From Zygnema circumcarinatum SAG 698-1b (taxonomy: Eukaryota; Plantae; Zygnematophyceae), in the NCBI GenBank assembly GCA_037447605.1, contig CM074807.1, forward strand, positions 2,304,327 through 2,368,326: a DNA stretch of 64,000 bases. Reading direction: 5' to 3'. The notes beneath the pieces were generated by a model. That model was not told the DNA's origin, did not search any database, and worked only from the letters and a program-made list of their open reading frames with translations. The first letter of the stretch is position 1; every line of letters begins with the position of its first letter. The translations under genes and the position numbers were made by a program. Positions 16,969-28,343 of the stretch are shown here, piece after piece.

Positions 16969-17472
16969 CTGCACAGGTCGGAACCATTAGACCAACCATC
17001 GACTGGTTGCCAACCATTGGCTCCGGATCGAAAACAACCATTCGACTGGTTCGGAACCAGTGGGTGCCAATGGTTGGCAACCAATCGACTAGTTTGGAAC
17101 CATTGGATCCAACGCTTGCCAACCATTCGACTGGTTGCGAACCATTGGCGCCGGACTGAAACAACCATTCGACTGGTTCGAAGCCAGTGGATGCCAATGC
17201 TTGCCAACCATTCGACTGGTTGCGAACCAGTGGATGCCAATGGTTGGCAACCAGTCGACGTCCAGCCATTGCCATTCAATTAGAGAGGAAGTGGCAATGA
17301 TCTCACGATGGCGAGGCCATCAAATGCACATGGACAAAATCAGCACGGGGAACCACGAGGAACTGTTCGCAAAGGTCAATGCCACTTCCCTCCCCGTCGT
17401 CGCAAAGGACCCAAACACAAAATTCAATGGTTGTCCAATGGTTGCCGATCCACTGGTCCGACCTGTGTACAG
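16969..17472. mobile_element. About 500-bp MITE-like element with TIRs and an internal palindromic 43-bp array (copy B)
   Basis: Left end CACAGGTCGGAACCA (16972-16986) and right end TGGTCCGACCTGTG (17454-17467) are inverted repeats with one indel. Seven TCGAC cores start at 16999, 17042, 17085, 17127, 17169, 17212 and 17255. No clean target-site duplication seen. Confidence 0.6.
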
Positions 17473-17559
17473 TACAGTACAGTAACCCTGAAACGTATTT
17501 TCCAGCGTATTCTATTTTGCTTTTATTTTGGATGTTTTCGTATTTTCCAGCGTGGCAGG

Positions 17560-17720
17560 GTGCGTCCGTCCCCCCGCCGCGGGGGGGCGGGGGGCCGGGA
17601 GGGGGGGGGCACGTCGGCGCCGCGGCATCCAGCCCCCGCGGGTCGTCGGCCAATCAGCGCGCGCCTTGCCAGGGGCGCGCCGCGGACCCTATCCCCCCCG
17701 CCACCCTCCCATTGGATGCG
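17560..17720 (+). promoter_or_regulatory. GC-rich PsbW proximal promoter with CCAAT boxes and a G-quadruplex motif
   Basis: G-runs GGGGGGGCGGGGGGCCGGGAGGGGGGGGG at about 17581-17609, GGCCAATCAG at about 17649 and CCATTGG at about 17709, within 350 nt of the ATG. Confidence 0.4.
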
Positions 17721-17919
17721 ACGCCAGACGATCGCTAAGCGACGTCGCACGGTGCCCGGCGACCGATCGCAGGGCGCCGGAGGGGGGCCCTTTCAAGTGG
17801 CGGCCCTGGCGCTGGAGAAGCTCCACGCAGTTCCTCTCTATCTCTCTCCCTGCCTGCTTCTGCACCTGCTCCTGCTTCTACGCCTCTGCCTCTTTCTGCA
17901 TCCCTGAATCTCGGCAAAC

Positions 17920-18606
17920 ATGGCCTGCATCGCAGCTGCCTCTACCAGCACCGCGGCTTCTTCCTTTGTGCAGAAGATTGTTGTGGAGAGGTCGGCTGTC
18001 AGCCGCGTTCAAGGTAATTGTGCTGAATAGGGTGTGAGGGTTTTTTTTCGTGTTCGCAACGCTGTTGTGGTGATGCGACTGTAGGGACAATAGGGTGGAT
18101 GGAAAAGAGCAGAATCTTGATTTTCTTGAAGAGTGGTCGTTGATACTGGGATAGTGCAGAAACAGACCGATGTGTTTCCTGAGCAGGTGGCCATGCTGGC
18201 TATCTGCGTGAGTTTGTTTCCTTGTCAATTTCCAGCCTTCTTAATGGAAGGCATCCGCTGTGTCGTGTAAAGAATGTAGCCTCATATGGCAGTATTTTGG
18301 TGCGTACTTGCAGGCCTTCCCGTCCTGCGACGCGCCCGCGTTGTCTGCTCTGCCAAGCACGAGGAGAAGGCTGTTTCAAAGGCGGCTGCCGCTGCTGCAG
18401 CTGTCTCAACCCTCGCCGTGTCCCACCCTGCCTTGGCTCTCGTGGACGAGCGCCTCAGCACTGAAGGCGTGGGCCTTGCCCTCGGGCTCAGTAACCCCGC
18501 TCTTGGATGGATTCTCGTCGGTGTCTTTGCTTTGATCTGGACTGCCTATTTCGCCTACTCCGCCAGCCTTCCCGAGGGTGACGATGACTCCGGTCTCTCC
18601 TTGTAA
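17920..18606 (+). CDS. psbW: Photosystem II reaction centre W protein
   Basis: Exon 17920-18013 ([10 protein letters not shown]...) spliced to 18314-18606. Bipartite transit peptide ending PALA, then [37 protein letters not shown]...[10 protein letters not shown], the PsbW signature. Confidence 0.95.
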
Positions 18607-18915
18607 TTTAATGTTTGAGAGATCGCTTTTTAGAAAATCTACGGGACAGTGATAAAGGCTATCTGCCTTGAGAAGTAGGAAAAAATGTTTTTAGTTGTGT
18701 ACTCAGTATAGAGTTCACTTGTACTTAGCTTGCCCTTGGAAAGCCTGTGAATTCGAAAGTAAATCCAATCCGAGGACGGCACTTGATCATCTATCTATGC
18801 GGTGTCGTGTTGCTGCCGTGTTCTGTGGGAGATCAAGTTCTGATTCGAGTACGCGAGAGCCTTTTGCCCTCTGTGTCCGAGGTGTGCTTTTGGATTCAGT
18901 AACATCCATCGACAG

Positions 18916-20086
18916 TTACCATACTGGGGTGGGAACTGACTGGTTGCTCGAACTGGCGCTCTCTTCAATACCTACGAGTATGCCTTGTTGCTTATCCTGA
19001 TATTGTACAGTTGGCGTGTGCCGGTTTGGTCTTATGCCTAAAAGCGAGCGCTTCATTGCCATTATGAATAAAGTTCCAAGCACTTGGCGCAAATTCCCCG
19101 CGTTTTTTTTTAATGTTATGAGTGCTTGGATGAGACAGTCATCCATGGGTTGGGAGCCAAGCGAATTGAAGGTGCAGAAGTGCCAGCAACAAATCTAGCA
19201 TGTGGTACCCTACTGCAGCTTTCACGTTTGAACTTGCTGATCTGACGTAGGAGGGGCTCAACTTCATCGTACTTGGTGAATAAGTTGATAATAGAATGCC
19301 AAACTAGCCAAACCTGCAGTGTGACAGAAAAAGTATTCTTCTGATGTCTTGGTACTTCAAAACGCAATCACTCGCTTATGTGTGTTTGTACTTTTGCCCC
19401 ATACGTCTTCCACTTTCCCGGTTTCTTGCTGTGCATTGATTGACCTTCCAAAAGGCAGCTGGAGTACCGTAGTAGACATACTCGATGACGTTTCCCAACC
19501 TTGTTCTACTCCAACGGAGTAAATGCTGGAAATGGAACTATGCAGATAACATGAAAACGTCTAAATTTCCGTTTGTAACTCGATATTCCAGGCCAATGGC
19601 CGGAACTGGATGGCAAACAGGCAATGGAATACAGGCAATGGAAGCACATGTCATGAGACACCCGACCCGAGATACATGTGTGCATGCTTTGCCAAAGTCG
19701 CCTGTGGACTGTGCTCTATTTGGCTCCCTAACAGCTGAGGGCCTTTGAGCAGCAAGGCATTGGCTATTTGAAAAGGCATAGCCCCCAATGCTCAGAAGTT
19801 TTTCCCGACCATTGACTGGCAGAACCCTTACTCGGGAGGTGCATCCAACCTTAGGGCAACCTGTAAACTGCTTGCTGAATTCATTTGTGGAGACCTAGGA
19901 AGGAAGCTGGGGAAGGGAGTTCAGGGCACAAAACTGTGTTCCATACAATCCTGCCAACATGGCAGACCAATTTGCACCGCTCTAGTTCTATTTCTTTTGA
20001 AGGGATAGGAAACATCAATCGCAATGTAGCGCGCCATGCACGAAGCAAGGGTCGGATACCTCAAAGAGCAAGTCCTTTGTGATGTC
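18916..20086 (-). CDS. Candidate unrecognised multi-exon gene (3' part)
   Basis: Small AG/GT-bounded exons 20086-20060, 19894-19861 and 19313-19273 join in compatible phases as DITKDLLFE|VSTNEFSKQFTG|LASLAFYYQLIHQ. A long open frame follows and ends at 18916. No homolog recognised. Confidence 0.25.
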
Positions 20087-20199
20087 CTACACAAGATATA
20101 CACAACACTGGAGCTCACGGTTCGGATATACTTGGTGTTACGATGTATGAATCAGCGAAGAATTGCAGTAATAGTTGAAAGAAATAAAACAGTATTCTT

Positions 20200-21030
20200 T
20201 CCTCAATTAAATGACAACCCTTTCCCTGTCTCACTCTGTCCCTTTGTTTCCTTGCCTCTAATCCCTCGTCCTTTCTATCATTCTCTTCTCCCCTTCCCGC
20301 TCTCCTCATACCTCCTTCCTTACCTGCTTTCCTCCCTTGGTATCCACCATTTCCGCCCCCAGCCACCTCCTGTCCCCTTCCGTTCAAACCTGCTCCTTAA
20401 CTCACCTCTCTCATCCATGTCCCTCCTTCCTCACTCTCTCACTGCCTCCCTTACTTCCCCATTCCTTCCCCGTCCCTCTAACCTTTCCATGACTCGTTCC
20501 TTTTAGGTACTTCTAGCTTCATCTCCACTTGCTCCCCCCATTTCTCTCCCAAACTCTCCCCACTCTCCCCTTCCCATATCCCCCACCTTAAGTCTCTCCC
20601 CGTCCGACTTTTCCTCCACCTGCGCCTCTATCTCCGCCTCTGGGTAGTTGCTGGTTAAAAACTAAGTGACAGTCAATGTCCATATATAGTGACACCAGTA
20701 CCTTATGTCTATCATAGCAACACTCCGCCCCTCTGTCCTCTGTGCGCATATGTTCACTTCTCATCCCCATTCCCCGTCCTCGCTCCTCCCGCATCCCTCC
20801 TTCCCCCCCTTTCGCCCATATCCCCTGCCTTCTTCCCTCCCCCCTTCCCTCAGAAAAACCCCGCCTCTAACCCTTCCCCCTTTCCCTCCCTCTTCCCACA
20901 ATGCGATCCTAGCTACTCCCTCCTCCATCTTCTTCTCCAGCCACTCTCTGTTCTCCTCCCCCCACCCCATAACTTGCCCAGCTTCCTTCCCTCGCCCGCC
21001 TCCCTCCTCAATCTCTCACGCAGTTGAACC
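20200..21030. repeat. About 0.8-kb pyrimidine-rich (C/T) low-complexity tract
   Basis: The + strand is dominated by CTCC/CTTCC/CCCT runs, interrupted at about 20640-20720. ORFs here are Pro/Ser/Leu compositional artefacts. Confidence 0.8.
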
Positions 21031-21269
21031 GAGTATTGCAATTTCAGGATAAACCATACTGCTTCTCACGCTAATTGTGAACTCTGAGTCAGTCATCAAG
21101 TTAACATTTGGGCTGTTATGTACAAGGGGCCCGAGCTTTCTCACTTCATTATCCAAAAGAAATGGCATTCATCATACACACAAAGTAGAATACTTTTGAG
21201 GTTGCAATATCCCTTCCGAACTTGTGAGGAAGGACTGCCATGTTGCCAACAAATGCTGTGACTACTTTC

Positions 21270-21722
21270 CTATGAGCCGGCTGGTCCCACCAACACTCCC
21301 TGGGGCCCGACTGAAACATCCTTCAATTTTTCGTCCTGTGGAAGCTCATCAGCACGCCTAATCTTAATGTTGTACCGCTTCTCCAGGTTTGCCAACTCGG
21401 TTTTCTTTGAATCCAAATTCTCTGTAAGCCTTACAATTACCTCATCCAAACCCAGTCGATTCCTTTTCACAGCCGGTAACACCTCCGCAACAGTTCGCTC
21501 CACAAGCACTCCCCCGATCATGCGATAGCAGCGCCTTGTCGGGTCTAGAGGTTGAATTGCTTTTATAACAAGGTCATGCTCACTTTTCTCCAGCTCTAAC
21601 TCTGTAATTTTGGAATACAGTCGACTTATCTCTGTCCGGAGTTGGTTCCACTTGGCGATCACTGCTTGCTCGTTGATGGTGTCAACGTCGGAGCTCGTAT
21701 TTGAATCCATATTGCTGGCCAT
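21270..21722 (-). CDS. PFD2: Prefoldin subunit 2
   Basis: Uninterrupted CDS from the ATG at 21722: NEQAVIAKWNQLRTEISRLYSKITELELEKSEHDLVIKAIQPLDPTRRCYRMIGGVLVERTVAEVLPAVKRN...QGVLVG. TTGCAG just upstream of the ATG suggests a 5'UTR intron. Confidence 0.93.
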   Translation of the reverse strand: MASNMDSNTSSDVDTINEQAVIAKWNQLRTEISRLYSKITELELEKSEHDLVIKAIQPLDPTRRCYRMIGGVLVERTVAEVLPAVKRNRLGLDEVIVRLTENLDSKKTELANLEKRYNIKIRRADELPQDEKLKDVSVGPQGVLVGPAGS

Positions 21723-22078
21723 CACCTCCTGCAACCGCCCGCTGGCTTCCTTCCTCAAACAACACTCTCAGCTCTGACAGAATACACCACCCGTACTGGC
21801 GTCCCTTGCAGATTTCCTTTCCAATACGCTTCCCAGACGCCCCAAGATGCTCACCCTAAAAATCGAATGCGCTGTGAAAAGGTTCGGCGACGAAGGACGG
21901 CAGCGACGACAGAGCGCCTTGACTAGTGAAAGGTGAGTACAACTTGCACGAAAGCGGAGAGCGGGAGAGTCCTTGCAGGGGACTTGCGCGAAGCACGTGG
22001 CGAACGAAGCCTTCTCAGCCTGCTTCACGCTTTGCTTGAGGCCTCTTGCCCGGTTGCCGCCGCCGGAGAGGAAGTAAA

Positions 22079-25000
22079 ATGGCTGCAGCGCGCACAGGCG
22101 TGTATTTGGAAGACTTTCTGGACGGTTCGTTTTCAATTTCTCTTTGGAAAATGCTTCAATCGATGAGTATTGCGCATCTTGCTTTCTTTTCCACCACAGA
22201 GTGTATTCGGTAGTTTTGGCCCGATTTCTGTTACTTTCCTGATTGCTAGAGAACAAGAGCGCAACTTGCGCTAGAAACGAATCGATTGAGGGTAAATTCT
22301 GTTGAGGAGCAAGACGGGTATTGTAGATTTTCATCCCTGTTTCTTCCTTTCCACTTTGTTTTTAGGGAATTGCAGAGTGCTCTTCATTGCCACACGAGCT
22401 GCAGAGGTTACTCTCGACGATGCGAGAACTGGACGAGCGTTCACATGGTAATCCCTTTGCCTGCTTCCCAGCTTTGTCCAATCACCAGTTTCGGATGACA
22501 GTTGACAGTTGGCGGTGACAGTTGCGTATGGGTATCCATCAATCACCCATCGATGTTCGTAGTTTGGCAAATCGTCCAGTTTTTGACAGGTTAGTCTATT
22601 CCGTGTTTTTCATCTCGAATGCGTTCACTGGCTTCAGAGGCTGTAGCTGATTTTAGCTTCCCTGAAGGCTGCATTCAAGCGTATTCAACAAAGTTTATTC
22701 AGCTTGGGGAACCAATGTATACGTTTCGATGACTAAAGGCAGTTAAATTTCCATTGGCCGATTGATAGAGTTGATTGCAGTTGTCGTTCCCAGAGAACTG
22801 TGCGCATATCGTTCGCTCACGTTCTCACGTTTCATACCGACTGTCGTGTTTCTTGCTCAACAGTTTTCTTTTCGTTATTGCCGTGCTAGCACTCGCACAT
22901 TTTTTATTTGTTTCAAATCATCTGATTGTACAGGTCAAAAATGCTGTAAATGTCATGCTAATGCCCACTTTGGAGAATGGCCTGCATTGCCTGTGAATAA
23001 GTGCTTCGGATGAGGCAGTTAAACCCTATTAAAAACGAAATTCAACATATCTCGACTATGTAAGACTTGCGATTCCGCCGCAACACCAATGATATCCACC
23101 ACGTGCAGCATTGCAGGCGCAAATTCGTGAGCAGGTGCAAGAATGTCTGGATATGCCGTCTTTGCAGCAGCTCCGAGCTGCAGGAGCACCTCAAGAGCAG
23201 ATGCTTAGGGTCGAAAAGCTGCGTAAGGAAATTGCGGGCAATCAGGATAAAACTGTTGGACTCTGTACTGAGAAAGTCCTACTGGCTCAACAGGCATACG
23301 ACTTGGTCAGTCTCCCTTACCTGCCCGAGAGTTTAAAGGATAATGTGCTTGCAGAAGACCATTGACATTCCAACGCAATAGCTCTCTCCACAATCGGTTA
23401 CCAGTTCAGTCTTTGAAGCCTTCCACGTTGGCGAAAGTATGACGTGGAAATTGCAAAGAATATGTGCATGCTTTCTGGTTGTAGGCACAGCCAAGGATGA
23501 TTGAAAATCTGACAACCATAGTTGGTAACACACTTCCTGGAAGCTGCATCTCATTTGTGACACTCGCTGTGGACTATTCAGACAGAGGCTGTTGAAACCA
23601 CGAAGATATCCCTATGGCAGGACGACTTAATGGTCGGCAGCTGGGAAATGGGGTTGGCAGCTTGATGGCCACGACAAGCGGATGGCTGAAGATCTGGCAC
23701 AGTTTGAGCAGGAACTGCGACAGGGTGTGTGACATTGAACCCTTCTGCAAGGCGAAAAATCCATGTGCTGCGGGTTAACGTCAGAAGCTGCTTCATACCC
23801 TTCTCTAAACCCGGCTGACAAAGTCAAGAGGAAAGTTTGAAAAAAAAAAAAAAAAACACAGCAGATGAGCAGTTCAATCATTTCAATTGAGTTGAGTTTT
23901 AAGGCTTGCTGCAGAGGGTAAACTTCCTGCTGGGGAACTTGCCCCGATGGCCCCTCCTGGAGAAAGAAGACGAGTGGCCAATCCTTATTTCACTCCACCT
24001 GTAGCTAGCAGACAGGTGGAAGCTAAACGGACAGAAACTAAGTACGAGACTTTCCGAGAGCGAGATGGAGCACGAGATGTTGTTCGCACTGCAGAGCGAG
24101 ATTTTGCAAGAGAGGGAGTGAGAGAGAAGGATCGTTCAGTGGAGAGGGGGAGGGAGAAGCTGGGGGAAAAAGGGATGGACAGAGATGAAGAGCACGTTGC
24201 TGGACGTGAACGGGAAAAGGATATCAATCTTATGCCTCCGCCTTCAATGCAACGTAGGAGAAGTTTGCAGTCTGGGCAAGCCCTTCCTCTCGATGATAAT
24301 GCGACTGTCGACGAGCCGACGTATTGTGTTTGTGGTCAGGTCAGTTTGAAGGCCACTGTTAGCCTTGTTGCGAGGTGCATGGGACCTCGTTCAAGGTGTC
24401 ACCCCAGCAAGCATGGAAGATGTCTGTGTGGATGGAGTCTCTGGTTTTCAATAGAGCCGGAAAAACGAGAATTTTCACTGGGATTGCACGGTTGTGTAGT
24501 CAATACGAATTCAATGTCTCCCATGCTGAGAGCTGGTGAAGTGCTCTCTATAGTGTCAAAGAATTCCGACTGGAATTCGCTACTTGCTACGGCAGGGGGA
24601 TCTTTGAAGATGTTGCACAATGCCACTGGCACGACCATTCTCAATGCCCAAATGGTCTGAAAATTTTGAAGCAATGGCCGGCATCCTGAAGCAAGGCCAT
24701 GGTGTGTTTGAAAGTTTGTGAGTCGGGAAGGTCGTCGAAGCTATTTGCGTTATGGCTTACTTTCTTATGAGTGGGAGGGCTCCAGGTATCCTTTGGAGAC
24801 ATGATTAAGTGCGACAATGATAATGTAAGGACGCACTATACGCTGGTTAGACTCTGTTCTTTGCTTCTTAGCTCTGTTCACACTCCTGGCTAAGCTCTGC
24901 CCTGACAAACGTGTTGTATTTAAAGGACAATATTAGCCCTTTGATTTCCCCTTGAAACAAATTTATCCATTTACACGTGATGTTGCGGCTAATGTGTTTT

Positions 25001-25163
25001 TGTGCTCCTTGTTTTGATACAGTGCAAAGGGGGGGAGTGGTTCCACTACAGCTGCGTGGGGCTGGGTCCTGAAAGCAGAGGCGTGAAAGGCAGAGTGTGG
25101 TTTTGCCCGACTTGCCGAGTGCTACAGCGCAGGCGCCCGGGAGAAGGCCAAGCCGCTCCATAG
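22079..25163 (+). CDS. ING2: PHD finger protein ING2 (inhibitor of growth family)
   Basis: [15 protein letters not shown]|[24 protein letters not shown]|...[15 protein letters not shown]|[21 protein letters not shown]|EGKLP...[10 protein letters not shown]|[13 protein letters not shown]|[14 protein letters not shown]...WFCPTC. ING N-terminal domain plus a PHD finger. Confidence 0.93.
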
Positions 25164-26253
25164 AGGCAGCCATCAGATTGGGCCAATCCCTGTGTAATTG
25201 TCTAGGAGTATAATTCAACCGGGGTAAGTCCCGTATTCGGCTTTTTTATGTGAGAACAGCTTGCCTTGAACGTAGCCATGCATACTGGACATGTTAAGTA
25301 AAACAACAGTGCCATACCATAAGTGGATCAAGCCAGCAAGCGTGGAATTTCCATCTTTGACTGTGCAGATGCAATACAGAACCTTCCAACGGTGGCTGTT
25401 AAATGAGAACTTATGAAGGCTCATGGGCCCCACCCCCATTCCACTGCTCGGTTTGTCCTTTGAGCTTCACCCTAAACAAAACATCCGTCTACAAGCACAA
25501 GTAGGTCGCCAAAAGCAAACTTTATTTGAACAACAGATCAACAGAACTAACTCCCGCAAGCTATCACAAACAGCTACTTATACAACCCCGATGCCCTAAA
25601 AACCTCCAGAGCAAAGGGTCTCATCAACCTACTAGTAGTATGCTACTGTTCTTTTTCTACACATGATTGCTTCAAAAATCTACAAAAGCAAATCAGGTCC
25701 AAAAGCAAACAAAACTGCTAAAACATTGCAGTTGAAATGAAAGTCGCAAAATTCTGAAAGCCTATTAGTAGATGTGTATTATTCCGTTGCGCAAGAAAGT
25801 CAGTATTTACAGCTACAGCTGACAGGACGCTGAATCATCTCATCACGTCATACTCTGCAAGGCAGCTTGCTAGACGAGGAGTTTAGACTACGCGCATTAG
25901 CCCTTTGCCCAGACTGATTCGAGGAAGGAGAGAAATCCAGTGCCGAACATTTCGCTTCGAGAAGATCATAAGAACTTGAGACGGAAGTCCGAGAGTGTGT
26001 CGGTGTGTCTCCCAACCCACGAGGCAATTTTTGCCATAACCAAACTTCAAAACGGCCTATGAACAGCAGATCCTTCCAACCACAACACATGCACCTCAGT
26101 CCGAGTAGGTTTGCTGCAAAACACAAACTTAGCACTTCCTCTGATAATCAAAACCTAACTCAGAGACCTGAATTTGACTCCCAACCACACTAGCCTGAAA
26201 CAGCTTTGCGAAAAGAAGTGAAAGAAACACCAACCTGATCGCAATGCATTGCT

Positions 26254-27979
26254 TCAACGAGCCCCTGATCCAAAAGCGGGGCTTGGTTGCTCCGTGGATT
26301 GCCCTTGGGCAGCAACCGAAAGTGCGATTGGAGGGTAGCCAGACCCTGAAGGCGTTTGGGGCACCAGATGGCTTGACGGTTGAGTTGAGGGAATAAGGAG
26401 CAAGGGAGAAAGGATAAAGGCTGGCTCTGAAGAATTGCCGTATGAACGAGTTAAAGAGGTTGTAGTGGTGGACACTGGGAGGTTGGCATTCAAATGTCCA
26501 AGTAAAATTTGCGGCTGTGGACGCTGGATAGAATCAGAATTTTGATGTGAAGGGAAAGGGCTTTGGATGTCCTCGTCAGATATAGGATGTTCTTGAAGAT
26601 CTGCAGATCTTGACTCCGGAATGCTCACATAAGGGCCAAGGTCACCAACAGTGAAGTCTATTGGCGGCTGAACTGATCTGGAATGCCGGACCTGGAAGGG
26701 ACTTGAAGGACGAGCTTGAACTGCACTTGACAGTTTTGGCGGTCGGGCTACTGAGACTTCAGGCCCCTCCAAGGTTGGCCAGACTTCTAACCTCTCCAAT
26801 GTTGGCGGCTGTTGGTTGACCATGGTATTAAACGATCGTTTCCCAAGAGCAGATGAAGGCATCTTTAACCCTGCCAGCACTCCCAAAAAGCTACAGTCAA
26901 AATTTCAACCAAAGATGTTATCATTAGGTCAAGTGATAAAAAAAAAAATCTCGTACACTACCACAATCATAAATGCGTGCAAATTTGTCGATTGGGTGAT
27001 TGTTCCTCCACAATCACTTGTATGAGAAACATCTGTGAAACAAACGAAAAACGAGCATATCTCACTTTTGTAGAATTGCATTTGTGCATGCACGATTTGC
27101 AAACAATTGTACAGACAATTACTATTATTTACACCAGATTTTTTGAATCTTTAAATATGTATTTACCAGAAAGTCACAAGAATTTCGAACTCACATCCAC
27201 GAGACTTCAAAGCAGCGCACGCTGCCGAGGACTCCGCAAGCTTCTTGGTCTTGGCCTTTTCCCCATAAAAGAAGTTAGCCGAAGAATTCTTTCCATCTGA
27301 GGAGGTTGGTCCTGGCATCATCACACGTGCTTCAAATGACGGCATTGTAAGCGTTCCCACGCTGCGCACCTCATAAACCGGGACCTGCTTGAAATACTTC
27401 TGTGAATACAGCTGCAGTTGGCTCTTGTAAAAACCCGTCTTACCCTACAGAAGCAGAAAAAATAGAAGTTAGCAAAAAAAGCTACTGATAAATCACTTAA
27501 AAAGACAGAAGTGATAATATTGAATCCACTGTATAGTTACTTTCTCAGTAGATAGTAACAAAGTATGCTTTCTCAGTAGATAGTAACAAAGTATGCTGCA
27601 TGTTAAAGAATCCATGATAAAAAACGAAATATAAACAAAAACGAAACATAAAAAATTCTCAAAAAACATTTGTGCATACTTTCCGTGTATGAAAGTCCTC
27701 GGGTGGAAGGAGCTTGTCCAATGCTGCTTTTGCCGCGGCATGCTCAGCCGCCACCTTGTTTCGACAAGTGCCCCCTGATAAAAATGATTCCCCGTTCACA
27801 GTAACAATCGAACAAAATTTTGGCAAATCGTCTGTTCCACCCACACGATTTGTAGAATAACGAGGAAGCTCGAAGCCAAGCTTCTGGGTTAACTCTTGCA
27901 GCAAGTTCTTCTCGGCATTTAATTGCTCCGTGACCGGAATTTGCAAGGACGATTCCCCACTTTCGGCAGCGGAGTTCAT
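26254..27979 (-). CDS. Double-stranded RNA-binding protein with two dsRBDs (HYL1/DRB family); 3' end uncertain
   Basis: dsRBD1 KNLLQELTQKLGFELPRYS...PKFCSIVTVNGESF...NKVAAEHAAAKAAL and dsRBD2 FYKSQLQLYSQK...PVYEVRSVG...PSFEARV...KTKKLAESSAACAAL, followed by a Pro/Ser-rich exon of about 200 aa. Confidence 0.8.
27540..27597. repeat. 28-bp tandem duplication in a DRB intron
   Basis: CTTTCTCAGTAGATAGTAACAAAGTATG x2. Confidence 0.9.
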
Positions 27980-28303
27980 GACTAACGCAAATGATGAAAA
28001 ACAGCAGAATCGAAATTTCTCAGAATTCTCCAAATTGAACTCAACAAATCCAACTGAACAAAAAATCAAGATTCTTCAAACAGTTCCGGTGCCGCCCTAC
28101 GAACCCTTTTCTCGCTCACTTTCAGAGTGATGGAAGCGTTCTGTTGCGGGCCGTGCAGTGAAGGAAAAGTGAAAAGGAAGGTTTGAGAAGTATACGGCCG
28201 AGTGGACGCGCTGCATTGCATTGCTGACGTCCCGCCGTTGGGAAATCGAGTCAGCCCGAGGAGCCGAGCGTGCAGGGGGCGAGACTTTGCATGCGCAGCG
28301 GGC

Positions 28304-28343
28304 GGTTTTAGGGTTTTTAGGGTTTTTAGGGTTTTTAGGGTTT
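28304..28343 (+). repeat. Interstitial telomere-like array (TTTTAGGG)(TTTTTAGGG)3
   Basis: Direct reading, in the DRB/NAIP-like divergent intergenic region. Confidence 0.85.

Noticed and set aside
16990-17262. CRISPR-like array (palindromic repeat plus roughly 27-nt spacers)
   Set aside because: The spacers are homologous to each other (two recurring types), there are no cas genes, and the context is eukaryotic nuclear. It is better explained as a subterminal tandem repeat.
20036-21052. Pro/Ser-rich extensin-like ORFs
   Set aside because: Compositional artefact of the pyrimidine tract, with no signal peptide and no SPPPP periodicity.
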